The notes: a model not told the origin generated them from the letters alone. Shown: positions 1 through 9,886, counted from the first letter of the stretch. The stretch: 64,000 bases of DNA from Salinivirgaceae bacterium (GCA_024405635.1 JAKSOL010000009.1:15022-79021); one strand, 5' to 3'. Program-made: numbers and translations.

Positions 1-1376
1 ATTACTAGTTGCTCTGCGGTTTCTTCAACAATCTCAGCCTCAAGACCTTTTACTACTTTCTTTACAATATCAACAGGAATTGTTTCGCCAATCAAACGAT
101 TGATTTGCGAGTAACGTAAGGTTATATCAAAATGCTGAATTGGATTTGGGTAGATATCGGTAATGTCTGACGATATTTGGCCGCCAGCTACTTCTTTAAT
201 CAACAAAGCTGCACGTTTAAGTGCATAAATGGTAATATTTGGGTCGATGCCACGTTCGTAAAGGAACGAGGCCTCAGTATGTAAATCGTGTGTGCGTGCG
301 GTTTTGCGAACATAAACTGGATTAAAATATGCGCTCTCAATAAACACGTTTGTAGTGTTATTGCTGATTCCGCTTTCCAAACCACCAAAAACGCCTGCAA
401 TGCACATTGGTTCGCTCTCGTTGCAAATCATTAAATCGTTTGCTTTCAAACTGCGTTCAACACCATCAAGTGTAACAAATTTGGTTCCCTCAGGCATTGT
501 GCGAACCACAATTTTGTTGCCTTTAATTTTGTCGGCATCAAATGTGTGAAGTGGTTGACCCAATTCGTGAAGAATAAAGTTCGACACATCGACAACATTG
601 TTGATTGGACTTAATCCAATTGTTGAAAGTCGTTTTTGCAACCACTCTGGCGAAGGGCCAATTTTAATTCCACTAATAGTAACACCTGTGTAACGAGGGC
701 AAGCTTCTTTTGCATCAATAGTAATGTCTATTTTGCGAGATGTATTATCAACCTTAAACGCATCAACGCTTGGCATGTTCAATTTTGCGTTTTTTCCTGC
801 TACGTTAAGGGCAATTGCCAAATCTCGCGCCACACCGATATGCGAAGCTGCATCAATACGGTTTGCTGTTATATCAACCTCAATAAGAGTGTCGTTTTCA
901 AGATGATAGTATTCTGATGCTGGAGTTCCAACCTTAACATCGGAAGGGAGAACAATGATGCCATCGTGCGATGCACCAACTCCAATTTCATCTTCGGCGC
1001 AAATCATACCAAACGATTCTTGTCCGCGTATTTTCGATTTTTTTATCACAAACTCCTTGTCGCCATCGTAAAGTACAGTGCCAATTGTTGCTACTATTAC
1101 TTTTTGTCCTGCTGCCACATTTGGAGCGCCACATACAATAGTTAATATTTCAGGGCCACCAACATCAACAGTAGTTATATGAAGGTGATCGGAATCGGGA
1201 TGGTTAATGCAAGTTTTTACATCACCTACTACTAGACCTTTAAGTCCGCCACGAATCGACTCTACTTCTTCAATATGGTCAACTTCAAGACCAATGCTTG
1301 TTATGGTATCAGCAATTTGTTGTGCTGTTAAATCTGTGTTGATGTACTCTTTAAGCCAATTGTATGAAATATTCAT
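1..1376 (-). CDS. pheT: phenylalanine--tRNA ligase beta subunit, N-terminal part (3' end runs off the left edge)
   Basis: Absent from the ORF track because there is no in-window stop. Manual reverse translation from ATG (1376..1374) gives MNISYNWLKEYINTDLTAQQIADTITSIGLEVD...KTCINHPDSDHLHITTVDVGG...GLSPINNVVDVSNFILHELGQPLHTFD, matching the PheT tRNA-binding and B3/B4 regions. Other frames hold only short ORFs. Confidence 0.85.
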   Translation of the reverse strand, partial: MNISYNWLKEYINTDLTAQQIADTITSIGLEVDHIEEVESIRGGLKGLVVGDVKTCINHPDSDHLHITTVDVGGPEILTIVCGAPNVAAGQKVIVATIGTVLYDGDKEFVIKKSKIRGQESFGMICAEDEIGVGASHDGIIVLPSDVKVGTPASEYYHLENDTLIEVDITANRIDAASHIGVARDLAIALNVAGKNAKLNMPSVDAFKVDNTSRKIDITIDAKEACPRYTGVTISGIKIGPSPEWLQKRLSTIGLSPINNVVDVSNFILHELGQPLHTFDADKIKGNKIVVRTMPEGTKFVTLDGVERSLKANDLMICNESEPMCIAGVFGGLESGISNNTTNVFIESAYFNPVYVRKTARTHDLHTEASFLYERGIDPNITIYALKRAALLIKEVAGGQISSDITDIYPNPIQHFDITLRYSQINRLIGETIPVDIVKKVVKGLEAEIVEETAEQLV

Positions 1377-1451
1377 AGTTTACCCTTATTTTATAAAGTG
1401 GCAAAAATAATTTTTTTTCGTTCGTATGCCGACAAAAAGTGGCACTGAAAG

Positions 1452-1495
1452 CGGCAAAAACAAAAGGCTTTCGGTGTTTATTCCAAAAGCCTTTT
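1452..1495 (-). terminator. intrinsic terminator downstream of the 1526..2044 ORF
   Basis: Inverted repeat AAAAGGCTTT (1462-1471) / AAAGCCTTTT (1486-1495) with a 14-nt loop. On the minus strand it is followed by TTTTGTTTTTG. Confidence 0.65.
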
Positions 1496-1525
1496 GATAT
1501 AGTAAAAGTTATATGATTCAATGCA

Positions 1526-2044
1526 CTAAATGGTGCAAGATTTACGGCTCATCATTATTTGCAAATCGTTATCGCTCAATAAGTTATTAAAGAATAAAAT
1601 ACTAAACATTAATCCCTCGTTTTCACGATTCTCAATACTAATAAAACTATCACCATCGCCTATTGTCCAAAAAATACGACACCCCCCTTTGGCAAAGTTT
1701 TTAAGTTCGGGATCGTTTATTACTCTAGAGTCGTCGGTTCCATAAATGGCAGCTATTTTAACAACCATTTCTTTAACAACATTGATATCGAACCCACAAC
1801 TTTTGCTTTTAAACACCACGTTTATTGGATTAACACCCACAATAACTTCTTTGTCGTACAATATGCGGAATTGAACTTGGTCGAAGAAGTTAAATTCTTT
1901 TTGTTGCAAATCGCGTTGATACGCAATCATTATAGTTGCTGGTGTTTCTTCGCTTTCGCATTCAGCAACATCATCACAAAAAAATTTCAGCAAGTCGTAA
2001 TTCAATAAATTGAATAATTGACGTTCGGTTTGAGGGTGTTTCAT
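1526..2044 (-). CDS. hypothetical protein (172 aa), no family recognised
   Basis: Clean ORF with ATG start and its own terminator, sitting between pheT and tadA. No signal peptide and no motifs I can place. Confidence 0.6.
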   Translation of the reverse strand: MKHPQTERQLFNLLNYDLLKFFCDDVAECESEETPATIMIAYQRDLQQKEFNFFDQVQFRILYDKEVIVGVNPINVVFKSKSCGFDINVVKEMVVKIAAIYGTDDSRVINDPELKNFAKGGCRIFWTIGDGDSFISIENRENEGLMFSILFFNNLLSDNDLQIMMSRKSCTI

Positions 2045-2222
2045 TTATTGAAGGTATAGTTTAGGCGAAAATAGAAAAAACCTATGTTCTTGCAACATTT
2101 TTTTGTGGTCATGATGCAAAATTTATTGAAAATCAATCAATTCTGCAATCTTCTTCAAACTTCATTATCTACTGTAATTTTCGGCTTATATAATTACATT
2201 GCGCCAGTTTAAGCATAAAAAA

Positions 2223-2663
2223 ATGGATCCATTCAACGACGAGTATTATATGCGCAAGGCCATTGTGCAAGCGCAAATGGCAGCACAGGCTAACGAAATT
2301 CCTATTGGTGCAGTGGTTGTGAGTCAAGGTAGAGTTATTGCTCAGGCACATAACCTTACCGAAACTCTTAACGATATTACCGCCCATGCTGAAATGCAAG
2401 CTATAACTGCTGCTGCCGATACCATTGGTGGCAAATATCTTACTGATTGCACTTTGTATGTTACAGTTGAACCTTGTCCTATGTGTGCCGGCGCTTTGTA
2501 TTGGTCGCAAATTGGAAGAATTGTTTATGGTGCTAGCGATGCCAAACGTGGCGCATCAATGTTTAATGGCATTTTTCACCCCAAAACCGAGGTTGTTTCT
2601 GGTGTTCTTGCCGATGAATGTGCCAAACTGATGAAAGAGTTTTTTGCTGCTAAACGCAAATAA
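2223..2663 (+). CDS. tadA: tRNA-specific adenosine deaminase
   Basis: CDA zinc motifs HAEMQAI and PCPMCAGAL. The track ORF starts at TTG 2199; the first ATG (2223, MDPFNDEYYMRKA) is the more likely start. Confidence 0.9.
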   Translation: MDPFNDEYYMRKAIVQAQMAAQANEIPIGAVVVSQGRVIAQAHNLTETLNDITAHAEMQAITAAADTIGGKYLTDCTLYVTVEPCPMCAGALYWSQIGRIVYGASDAKRGASMFNGIFHPKTEVVSGVLADECAKLMKEFFAAKRK

Positions 2664-2696
2664 AAAAAGCCGCACCAAATTGAATTCGATGCGGCT
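2662..2696 (-). terminator. terminator between convergent tadA and folD (T-run on the minus strand)
   Basis: Stem AGCCGCA (2668-2674) / TGCGGCT (2690-2696), preceded on the plus strand by A7, which is T7 after the hairpin on the minus strand. Confidence 0.65.
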
Positions 2697-2717
2697 CGTA
2701 TTCCTAACGAATGATCT

Positions 2718-3599
2718 CTACTCGTAAATTTTGTGCTGACCTGCCAACAATGTGTTTTTAAGCAGACTAATAATGGTCATTGGGCCAACTCCGCCAGGAA
2801 CGGGTGTAATGTAGCTACAAAGAGGAGCTACCTCATCAAACTTAACATCGCCTTTTAGTTTAAAACCGCTTTTGGTTTCAGGCGCTGGCAAACGATGAAT
2901 ACCAACGTCAATAACCACAGCTCCTGGTTTAATCATATCGGCGGTTACAAATTCAGGTTTACCAATTGCAACAATAAGAATATCGGCACGACGGCAAATT
3001 TCTTTAAGATTTTTTGAACGACTATGGCAAATGGTAACAGTAGCATTACCTGGGGTTGCCTTGCGCGACATAAGAATGCTAATTGGAGTTCCAACGATGT
3101 TGCTTCGGCCTAACACTACGCATTCTTTTCCTTCTGTATCAATGTTATAGCGACGAAGCAATTCTACAATACCAGCAGGTGTAGCAGGCAAAAAGGCAGG
3201 CAAACCCATTGCCATTCTACCAGTATTTATTGGATGAAATCCATCAACGTCTTTTCTATAATCAATGGTTTCAATCACTTTATTTTCGCTAATGTGTTTA
3301 GGCAACGGCAATTGAACAATCAAGCCGTCAACATTTGGGTCGGCGTTTATTTCGCGAATTTTTGCTAGCAATTCTTCCTCTTTAATATCTTCAGGAAAAC
3401 GCACATCGGTTGACTCAAAACCAACTGCATGACAAGTTTTAACCTTACTGTTAACGTATGTAGTGCTAGCGCCATCGTTACCAACTTGAATAACTGCCAA
3501 GTTTGGGCGCTTTTCGCCACGAGCAACCATTGCCTCAACTTCGGCAGCAATTTCGGCTTGCATCTGTTTGTTTATTTCTTTTCCATCAATCAGTTCCAT
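2718..3599 (-). CDS. folD: bifunctional methylenetetrahydrofolate dehydrogenase / methenyltetrahydrofolate cyclohydrolase
   Basis: 293 aa with [29 protein letters not shown] and [10 protein letters not shown] signatures. Confidence 0.93.
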   Translation of the reverse strand: MELIDGKEINKQMQAEIAAEVEAMVARGEKRPNLAVIQVGNDGASTTYVNSKVKTCHAVGFESTDVRFPEDIKEEELLAKIREINADPNVDGLIVQLPLPKHISENKVIETIDYRKDVDGFHPINTGRMAMGLPAFLPATPAGIVELLRRYNIDTEGKECVVLGRSNIVGTPISILMSRKATPGNATVTICHSRSKNLKEICRRADILIVAIGKPEFVTADMIKPGAVVIDVGIHRLPAPETKSGFKLKGDVKFDEVAPLCSYITPVPGGVGPMTIISLLKNTLLAGQHKIYE

Positions 3600-3631
3600 A
3601 GTATTTCGGTATTGATTCTTTGTTTTGTTTA

Positions 3632-4972
3632 TTATCGACGCATTTGCGGCATATTCTGCATCATGGCTGCCATTTTTTTAGCGCCGCCATTGCTCATCAT
3701 TTTCATCACCTTGCGTGTATCTTCAAATTGTTTCATTAATCGGTTCACTTCTTGAATGCTAGTTCCGCTACCTGCGGCAATTCGTTTGCGGCGACTTCCG
3801 TTTATAACATCGGGTTGTTCGCGCTCGCCTGGTGTCATTGAGTTAATAATAGCCTCAATTCCTTTAAATGCATTATCGTCAACGTCAACATCTTTCAGCA
3901 TTTTTCCCATTCCGGGAATCATTGAAGCAAGGTCTTTAAGGTTACCCATTTTTTTCACTTGCTGAATTTGTTGCATAAAGTCGTTAAAGTTGAATTGGTT
4001 TTTGGCGATTTTCTTTTGAAGTTCACGTGCCTCTTCAGCATCGAACTGCTCTTGCGCACGTTCAACCAACGACACGATATCGCCCATTCCAAGAATACGG
4101 TCGGCCATACGGTCGGGGTGGAAAACATCAAGCGCATCGAGTTTTTCGCCTGTTCCCACAAACTTTATTGGTTTGTTTACTACCGAACGAATTGACAATG
4201 CCGCACCACCGCGTGTATCGCCATCAAGTTTTGTAAGTACAACGCCGTCAAAATCTAATCGATCGTTAAACTCTTTGGCTGTGTTTACTGCATCTTGACC
4301 AGTCATTGAATCGACCACAAACAATGTTTCGTGAGGTTCAACGGCTTTTTTAATAGCCGCAATCTCGTTCATCATTTGCTCATCTACGGCCAAACGACCA
4401 GCAGTATCGACTATAACTAAGTCAAACGATTTTTGTTTAGCGTATTTAATACCGTTTGTTGCTATTTTAACAGGATCGGTGCATCCTTCTTCGGTATAAA
4501 CCTCAACCCCAATTTGTTCGCCCAACACTTTCAATTGGTCGATAGCAGCTGGACGATAAACGTCGCCAGCAATAAGCAATGGATTTTTGCCTTTTTTGGT
4601 TTTTAATCGGTTGGCTAGTTTTCCAGAGAAGGTTGTTTTACCAGAACCTTGCAAACCAGCAATAAGCACCACGGTAGGATTGCCTTTCATGTTCACATCG
4701 ATTGACTGCGAACCCATAAGTTCAACAAGTTCATCGTGAACAATTTTTACCATTAACTGACCTGGTTTGATTGATGTGAGCACGTTTTGGCCAAGTGCTT
4801 TTTGCTTAACCGTATCGGTAAATGTTTTTGCTGTTTTGTAGTTTACGTCGGCATCAAGCAAGGCTTTACGAACCTCTTTTAGAGTTTCGGCCACGTTGAT
4901 TTCGGTAATTTTGCCCTCGCCTTTCAGCAATTTGAAAGAGCGTTCGAGTTTTTCTGAAAGATTTTCAAACAT
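3632..4972 (-). CDS. ffh: signal recognition particle protein
   Basis: 446 aa with [10 protein letters not shown]-loop, DTAGR, TKLDGD and a Met-rich M domain at the C-terminus. Confidence 0.95.
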   Translation of the reverse strand: MFENLSEKLERSFKLLKGEGKITEINVAETLKEVRKALLDADVNYKTAKTFTDTVKQKALGQNVLTSIKPGQLMVKIVHDELVELMGSQSIDVNMKGNPTVVLIAGLQGSGKTTFSGKLANRLKTKKGKNPLLIAGDVYRPAAIDQLKVLGEQIGVEVYTEEGCTDPVKIATNGIKYAKQKSFDLVIVDTAGRLAVDEQMMNEIAAIKKAVEPHETLFVVDSMTGQDAVNTAKEFNDRLDFDGVVLTKLDGDTRGGAALSIRSVVNKPIKFVGTGEKLDALDVFHPDRMADRILGMGDIVSLVERAQEQFDAEEARELQKKIAKNQFNFNDFMQQIQQVKKMGNLKDLASMIPGMGKMLKDVDVDDNAFKGIEAIINSMTPGEREQPDVINGSRRKRIAAGSGTSIQEVNRLMKQFEDTRKVMKMMSNGGAKKMAAMMQNMPQMRR

Positions 4973-5131
4973 ATATTTGTGTAAATCAATTAATTATCGC
5001 ACAAGATTGCTTTGTTTCTTTTTATTGCAAAGCGCACAAAAGTAATGAAAATTGCGCCAAAAAAAACCATGCTCGTCTGTTGGGCGCTTGTGCGATTTGT
5101 TATTTTCGCACCAAACTAAATTATTATTGAC

Positions 5132-5443
5132 ATGCAAGATCAAAATCAACAAAACAAACTAAATATTGAATTGAGCGAAGATATGGCTCAAGGTATCTAT
5201 TCAAACTTAGCTGTTATAACACATTCGGGTACCGAATTTGTGCTCGATTTTATTAGTATGATGCCTGGAGTGCCAAAAGCTCACGTTAAATCGCGAATTG
5301 TAGTTGCTCCCGAAAATGCCAAAAGACTTTTGATGGCTTTGCAAGACAATGTTGCCAAATACGAGGCTCAATATGGCCCTATTCGCCAAAACGACAACGG
5401 AAATGCTCCAATGAATTTTGGCGTCCCAACTGCTAAGGCGTAG
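5132..5443 (+). CDS. DUF3467 domain-containing protein
   Basis: 103 aa. LNIELSEDMAQGIYSNLAVITHSGTEFVLDFI...AKRLLMALQDNVAKYE matches my recollection of the DUF3467 family. Confidence 0.75.
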   Translation: MQDQNQQNKLNIELSEDMAQGIYSNLAVITHSGTEFVLDFISMMPGVPKAHVKSRIVVAPENAKRLLMALQDNVAKYEAQYGPIRQNDNGNAPMNFGVPTAKA

Positions 5444-5471
5444 GCGCTGGTCTTCAGGCTCTAACAACAAA

Positions 5472-5514
5472 AAAAGCTCCCATTCTTATTTGAATTGAGA
5501 GCTTTTGTTTTTTA
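5472..5514 (+). terminator. terminator, probably bidirectional, between convergent genes
   Basis: Imperfect stem AAAAGCTCCCATTC / GAATTGAGAGCTTTT followed by TTTTGTTTTTT, with an A-run on the other side. Confidence 0.6.
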
Positions 5515-5527
5515 TAATCAACTGCTT

Positions 5528-6379
5528 TTATTGCACCACAATAACCAAGTATTTTGATGCTCGCCAAAACTCTTCGTAATTTGTAACAACAAGGCTATCA
5601 ACTAATTTGTCGCCATATATTTTATACGCCGATGTTGAATGAGCTGTAACCACATTGGCTTTTTTGGTTGAAAGTGGAAACGTTAGAGTTTTACGAATAT
5701 CGATTATTGTAAAAACATCGTGATTGAACTCGTTCACTGCTCTGCGGCTTCCAAGAGCAAATTTGCCACGTTTATCAAGCACACCTACATCTTTTAACTC
5801 GCGCTCTGAGCCAATAATATAATAGCCCGTGTGCAAATCGGCATCTTGGCGAGCAATGGTTGCCTCGTTTTCAATTCGGCGCCCAAGTTCCTGATTCAAT
5901 GCCGAATCGAGCAAACAGACATTAATATTCATCTCTTCCAATCGCTGACGGAGCGATGCTATTTCTGCATCTTTAGCCTCTATTTTAGCAACTAGTTGGT
6001 CTATCGATTTTTGTAAATCGGCATTTTTAATATTCGCCCTATTAAGCAATTGTTGTAGGTTCTCAACTCGGTTACGATTATCGAGCATCATTTTGTAAAT
6101 CAAGTTAATATCGTTATTGATGCTCTCCTCGTTGTTTGCGCCTTCAATACCTTTTGCGTTTATTGTAATAATAGACTCTTGCTGTTTAATACTATTCAAA
6201 TTTGACTCAATGGTAGCAAAAGTGTTGGCCATTGCCGATATAACCGAATCGCGAACTTTAAGTTCACTTAGTAACTGTTTATTTACAGTGCTCAACTCTG
6301 AATTACTGCTCACATTTGGCTGAAAATCTTGACATTGCACCAACAACAACGCCATAAAAGGAATAATTAGTTTTTTCAT
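5528..6379 (-). CDS. coiled-coil lipoprotein, function unknown
   Basis: The track ORF extends to 6445, but ATG at 6379 gives MKKLIIPFMALLLVQCQ, a lipoprotein signal with a Cys. The central region is heptad-like and rich in E/K/L/N. Confidence 0.7.
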   Translation of the reverse strand: MKKLIIPFMALLLVQCQDFQPNVSSNSELSTVNKQLLSELKVRDSVISAMANTFATIESNLNSIKQQESIITINAKGIEGANNEESINNDINLIYKMMLDNRNRVENLQQLLNRANIKNADLQKSIDQLVAKIEAKDAEIASLRQRLEEMNINVCLLDSALNQELGRRIENEATIARQDADLHTGYYIIGSERELKDVGVLDKRGKFALGSRRAVNEFNHDVFTIIDIRKTLTFPLSTKKANVVTAHSTSAYKIYGDKLVDSLVVTNYEEFWRASKYLVIVVQ

Positions 6380-6475
6380 TTTTTCTCGCAATTTGTTGTT
6401 ACAAATATAACTGCACTGACGATTTGATTTTTCATTCTTCGTCATAAAAGAACTTCAAATTTCAATTGTATTGCT

Positions 6476-7426
6476 TTGCTGAAAAATGGTGAAAAACTCA
6501 ACTTTAAGCATCAGCATGAAAAATATACTTTTACACCAACAAATTGGGCATGGCACTCAATAGCGAAACACATAGTCAACTTGAATCATAAAGCACTACA
6601 TATCATTACATTGCTTGCTTTTGTTGCAACTTTTTTTGCCAATTGCGGAGAAGAGTACGAGGCTAACATTTTTGAGAACGGCAAACTCAAGGTTGTAATT
6701 GAGGGGCAGTTAATCGACTCTACGGGAGTGAGTTATGTTAGGGTTACGCAAGCTGCTGGAATAACCGATTCGGTTGAATACTTTCCTATTGACAATGCTG
6801 AAGTGAGCATTACTGACCGTCGTGGGCATCGGTACAACATGATTAACACTCAAAACGGATATTACCGCAACTACGATTTAATTGGCAATGTTGACCAAAC
6901 ATATCTATTACATGTAAAAATTGGCAACGAGGTTTATTATTCGCACGCAAAAATGCCGCCACCAGTTCTACTCGATTCAATATCAATGAACTACAACAAG
7001 ACATTTAATTTTCGCGACACCATTGGATACTACATCACTTTGCACTCTTCGCGTAACGACGACACTGTTCAATACTATCGCATACGCCTGAAAGTAAGGG
7101 GCAAAGAAGTTGATGCTCCATCAAATATGATGCTGTATGAAGATGCTCACCAATTGAACAAATATAGCATGCAGCTACCGTTTAGTTTTGCTGAAAACGA
7201 CACTGTAAGCATAACTATATACTCGCTCACTAGCACAGCATACGAGTATTATTCATCGTTGCAAAAACTTTACAACAAGCAATATAGCAACATTCAACCA
7301 CCCTCCATCAACCCCACAAGCAACATAGTTGGCGATGCTTTGGGCATTTTTCAAACGTCGGCCATATCGACCTATAGTATTGTAATTGATGCTCGACCAA
7401 TGATTTATCTGCATGCGAAAAAGTGA
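6476..7426 (+). CDS. hypothetical lipoprotein, possibly DUF4249 family (start uncertain)
   Basis: The track start is TTG 6476. In-frame TTG at 6581 would give MNHKALHIITLLAFVATFFANCGEE, a lipobox. The body (VSITDRRGHRYNM...GYYRN..., LLHVKIGNEVYYSHAKMP) resembles DUF4249 from memory. Confidence 0.55.
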   Translation: MLKNGEKLNFKHQHEKYTFTPTNWAWHSIAKHIVNLNHKALHIITLLAFVATFFANCGEEYEANIFENGKLKVVIEGQLIDSTGVSYVRVTQAAGITDSVEYFPIDNAEVSITDRRGHRYNMINTQNGYYRNYDLIGNVDQTYLLHVKIGNEVYYSHAKMPPPVLLDSISMNYNKTFNFRDTIGYYITLHSSRNDDTVQYYRIRLKVRGKEVDAPSNMMLYEDAHQLNKYSMQLPFSFAENDTVSITIYSLTSTAYEYYSSLQKLYNKQYSNIQPPSINPTSNIVGDALGIFQTSAISTYSIVIDARPMIYLHAKK

Positions 7427-7643
7427 CACAACCACAAGCAAATCATATCTTAACTATAACTCAAAAAAAAAGCCTTCTATATTGGTCTACCAACGTACAG
7501 ATACTAACAATTTGCAATAAAAAACGTTTCATAAGTGTTCTACTTTCGGCAAAAATGGTAGGCTTTATATATTACCTTGGTGCTTAGTTAAGGTTATAGC
7601 ACCAAAACGTATATCATTTTGAGAATCAATAAAATAAAACAAT

Positions 7644-8624
7644 ATGAAAACAATAGCAATAGTTTGCGGCGGATACTCAAAAGAAGAGATTATTTCGCAA
7701 CGCAGTGCCCAGCAAATAGCCGAGGTTATTAACGATGTTTACAATATTTATCGTGTGGTAATTGCACGTAACCGTTGGTATGCAGTTGCAGGCGTCCAAG
7801 AAATTGACATTGACCGCAACGATTTTTCGTTTAACCTAAACGGAAAGAAAGTGGTGTTTGATGCAGTATTTATGGCAATTCATGGTACACCGGGCGAAGA
7901 TGGCATGCTTCAATCGTATTTTGACATGGTTGGCTTACCATACACATCGTGCAATGCGTTTGTTTCGGCACTCACTTTCAACAAATTCGCATGCAAGGTT
8001 TTTCTTAAAGAATATGGAATTCCTACTGCCGATGCAATTATTTTGCGCAAAGGGCAAACCATTACAAACGAAGAACTTGAAAAACGTTTTGGCTTTCCAA
8101 TGTTTATTAAACCAAACAATGGCGGCTCAAGCTTTGGCGTTACCAAAGTAAAGCAATCTGCCGACATACAACCAGCCATTGAGCGTGCTTTTGATGGCGA
8201 CACCGAAATTATAATAGAACCTTTTATTGATGGCGGCGAACTCACTTGCGGCGTTTTCAAATCGAGCAAAGACAACATTGTTTTCCCTCCTACCGAAATT
8301 GTGAGCAAAAAAGAATTTTTTGACTACGAAGCCAAATACACTCCAGGTCTTTCAGAAGAAATTACACCTGCTCGTTTAAGCGACGAACAAATGGCAAAAG
8401 TTCAAAATCGCACATCGCTTATTTACGACCTTCTAGGTTGCAACGGTGTGGTTCGCATCGACTATTTGATGCGCAACGGCGAGTTCTATTTTATGGAAAT
8501 CAACACAGTGCCAGGAATGAGCAAACAATCCATAATTCCTAAACAAACCGAAGTTTACGGCCTACCGCTAAAAGAACTTTACATCAAACTGATTGACGAT
8601 GCTATTGAAAGAGCTGGAAAATAG
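7644..8624 (+). CDS. ddl: D-alanine--D-alanine ligase
   Basis: 326 aa with GGYSKEEIIS, HGTPGEDG, KPNNGGSSFGV and EINTVPGMS ATP-grasp signatures. Confidence 0.93.
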   Translation: MKTIAIVCGGYSKEEIISQRSAQQIAEVINDVYNIYRVVIARNRWYAVAGVQEIDIDRNDFSFNLNGKKVVFDAVFMAIHGTPGEDGMLQSYFDMVGLPYTSCNAFVSALTFNKFACKVFLKEYGIPTADAIILRKGQTITNEELEKRFGFPMFIKPNNGGSSFGVTKVKQSADIQPAIERAFDGDTEIIIEPFIDGGELTCGVFKSSKDNIVFPPTEIVSKKEFFDYEAKYTPGLSEEITPARLSDEQMAKVQNRTSLIYDLLGCNGVVRIDYLMRNGEFYFMEINTVPGMSKQSIIPKQTEVYGLPLKELYIKLIDDAIERAGK

Positions 8625-8669
8625 CCAATTCTAACTACTTAAATCGAAAAAGCATACCTATTATATTAC

Positions 8670-8708
8670 ACCCCGAAAGACGTCGTAAAACTTTCGGGGT
8701 TATTTTTT
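8670..8708 (+). terminator. ddl intrinsic terminator
   Basis: Perfect 10-bp stem ACCCCGAAAG / CTTTCGGGGT followed by TATTTTTT. Confidence 0.8.
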
Positions 8709-8778
8709 CAATATTTTTTTCAAATCGGTGTAGTTTTTAGAAACAATTTGCGACTAATAGAGCAAAAAAGGCCATTAA

Positions 8779-9264
8779 ATGAATGCAAAAGAGAAAGAAT
8801 TCGCAAGGTTAATAAGCGAACACAAGGAGACGATTTACACCATCTGCTTGATGAACGCCGCCGACCAAGACGAAGCACAAGACATAATGCAAGAAGTGCT
8901 AATAAACCTTTGGCGGTCGCTAAACTCCTACAGGGGCGAATGCAACATACGCACATGGATTTGGCGCATCAGCACAAACACTTGCATAACGTATTACCGA
9001 AAAGAAAAGAAACAACGCGAAACGCTGAAACTCGATGTGCAAGACTTGCTAAAAGTTGACGACGAAGACAATCGACAAATACAAATGCTTCACAACCGAG
9101 TATATAGGTTACGCCCATTTGACCGCGCAGTTGTTCTTCTTTGGATGGAAAACCTAAGCTACGAAGAGATTGGCCAAATTTTAGGCATCTCAGCAAAAAA
9201 TGTTTCAGTTCGACTATTTCGCATCAAGGAACAATTACGCCAAATGTCAAACCCTGAAAACTAA
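8779..9264 (+). CDS. RNA polymerase sigma-70 family (ECF-type) sigma factor
   Basis: 161 aa with region 2 (DIMQEVLINLWRSLNSYRGE..RTWIWRISTNTCITYYRK) and region 4 HTH (LSYEEIGQILGISAKNVSVRLFRIKEQL). Confidence 0.88.
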   Translation: MNAKEKEFARLISEHKETIYTICLMNAADQDEAQDIMQEVLINLWRSLNSYRGECNIRTWIWRISTNTCITYYRKEKKQRETLKLDVQDLLKVDDEDNRQIQMLHNRVYRLRPFDRAVVLLWMENLSYEEIGQILGISAKNVSVRLFRIKEQLRQMSNPEN

Positions 9265-9270
9265 CTGATT

Positions 9271-9819
9271 ATGGAAGACAACAACATACAAGAGCTATTA
9301 CAGCTCAAGGAGCAAATGATAGTTCTAAAAAAGCAACTGAATAACAACACCATTATTAATAACGAGCGAATAATTAGTGTTACTAAAATCCACAATCCGC
9401 GCAATAAGAGAAAAAAATGGATTTGGGGGATATTGATTGGTGCTGCCATTACATCTAACATATTCCCTTCAATGGTAAATGTCAATGGCATTTGGCTAAA
9501 GATTTCACTTGCATTAATAGGTATATTTGGTCTAATAACATACTCTGCTCTTGTTTTTGGCGCAGGCGATAAATATTACATTGAAAACGGATTGCTAATA
9601 GTAAAGAATTGTTTTCTGCTATTAGGCAAACACATTGTTGTTAGCATCCCCATTTCGTCAATTCGATACGTTAGGATAATGAAAAAAACTACAATTAAAC
9701 ATTCGCTAGAAATATGCTACAACAAATACGACATGTATTGCATTGACCCTAAGGATATAAACAAATTAATTTACGATCTAACATGCATTAATCCCGAAAT
9801 TGAAATTAGACACAAATAA
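9271..9819 (+). CDS. membrane protein, putative cognate partner of the ECF sigma factor
   Basis: Starts 6 nt after the sigma stop. It has an N-terminal coiled-coil, two hydrophobic helices (WIWGILIGAAITSNIF, ISLALIGIFGLITYSALVF) and a small C-terminal domain. No zf-HC2 anti-sigma motif. Confidence 0.6.
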   Translation: MEDNNIQELLQLKEQMIVLKKQLNNNTIINNERIISVTKIHNPRNKRKKWIWGILIGAAITSNIFPSMVNVNGIWLKISLALIGIFGLITYSALVFGAGDKYYIENGLLIVKNCFLLLGKHIVVSIPISSIRYVRIMKKTTIKHSLEICYNKYDMYCIDPKDINKLIYDLTCINPEIEIRHK

Positions 9820-9852
9820 CACATACATCATTAAACCAATTGACCGCAAAAG

Positions 9853-9886
9853 AAAAAGCCCCGTACCGGAGTTCCGATACGGGGCT
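9853..9886 (-). terminator. terminator between convergent genes (T-run on the minus strand)
   Basis: Stem AGCCCCGTA (9857-9865) / TACGGGGCT (9878-9886) with an A-run on the plus-strand 5' side. Confidence 0.7.

Noticed and set aside
3756-4236. Several 68-78 aa ORFs on both strands inside ffh (3756..3965, 3955..4161, 3959..4195, 4027..4236).
   Set aside because: They lie entirely within, or antisense to, a gene with unmistakable SRP54 motifs. Their products are low-complexity with no start context. They are shadow ORFs.
7469-7600. Short inverted repeats upstream of ddl (AAAGCCT/AGGCTTT about 80 nt apart; TTGGTGCT/AGCACCAA hairpin at about 7578-7606).
   Set aside because: The stems are 7-8 bp in AT-rich intergenic DNA with no adjacent T-run or recognisable riboswitch core. 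That is too weak to call without conservation data.
8720-9059. Arg-rich 103-aa plus-strand ORF (8748..9059) and a 78-aa minus-strand ORF overlapping the ECF sigma gene.
   Set aside because: These are alternative frames of a gene whose main frame shows clear sigma-70 regions 2 and 4. The products are compositionally odd (RRRPRRSTRH), as expected from out-of-frame reading.
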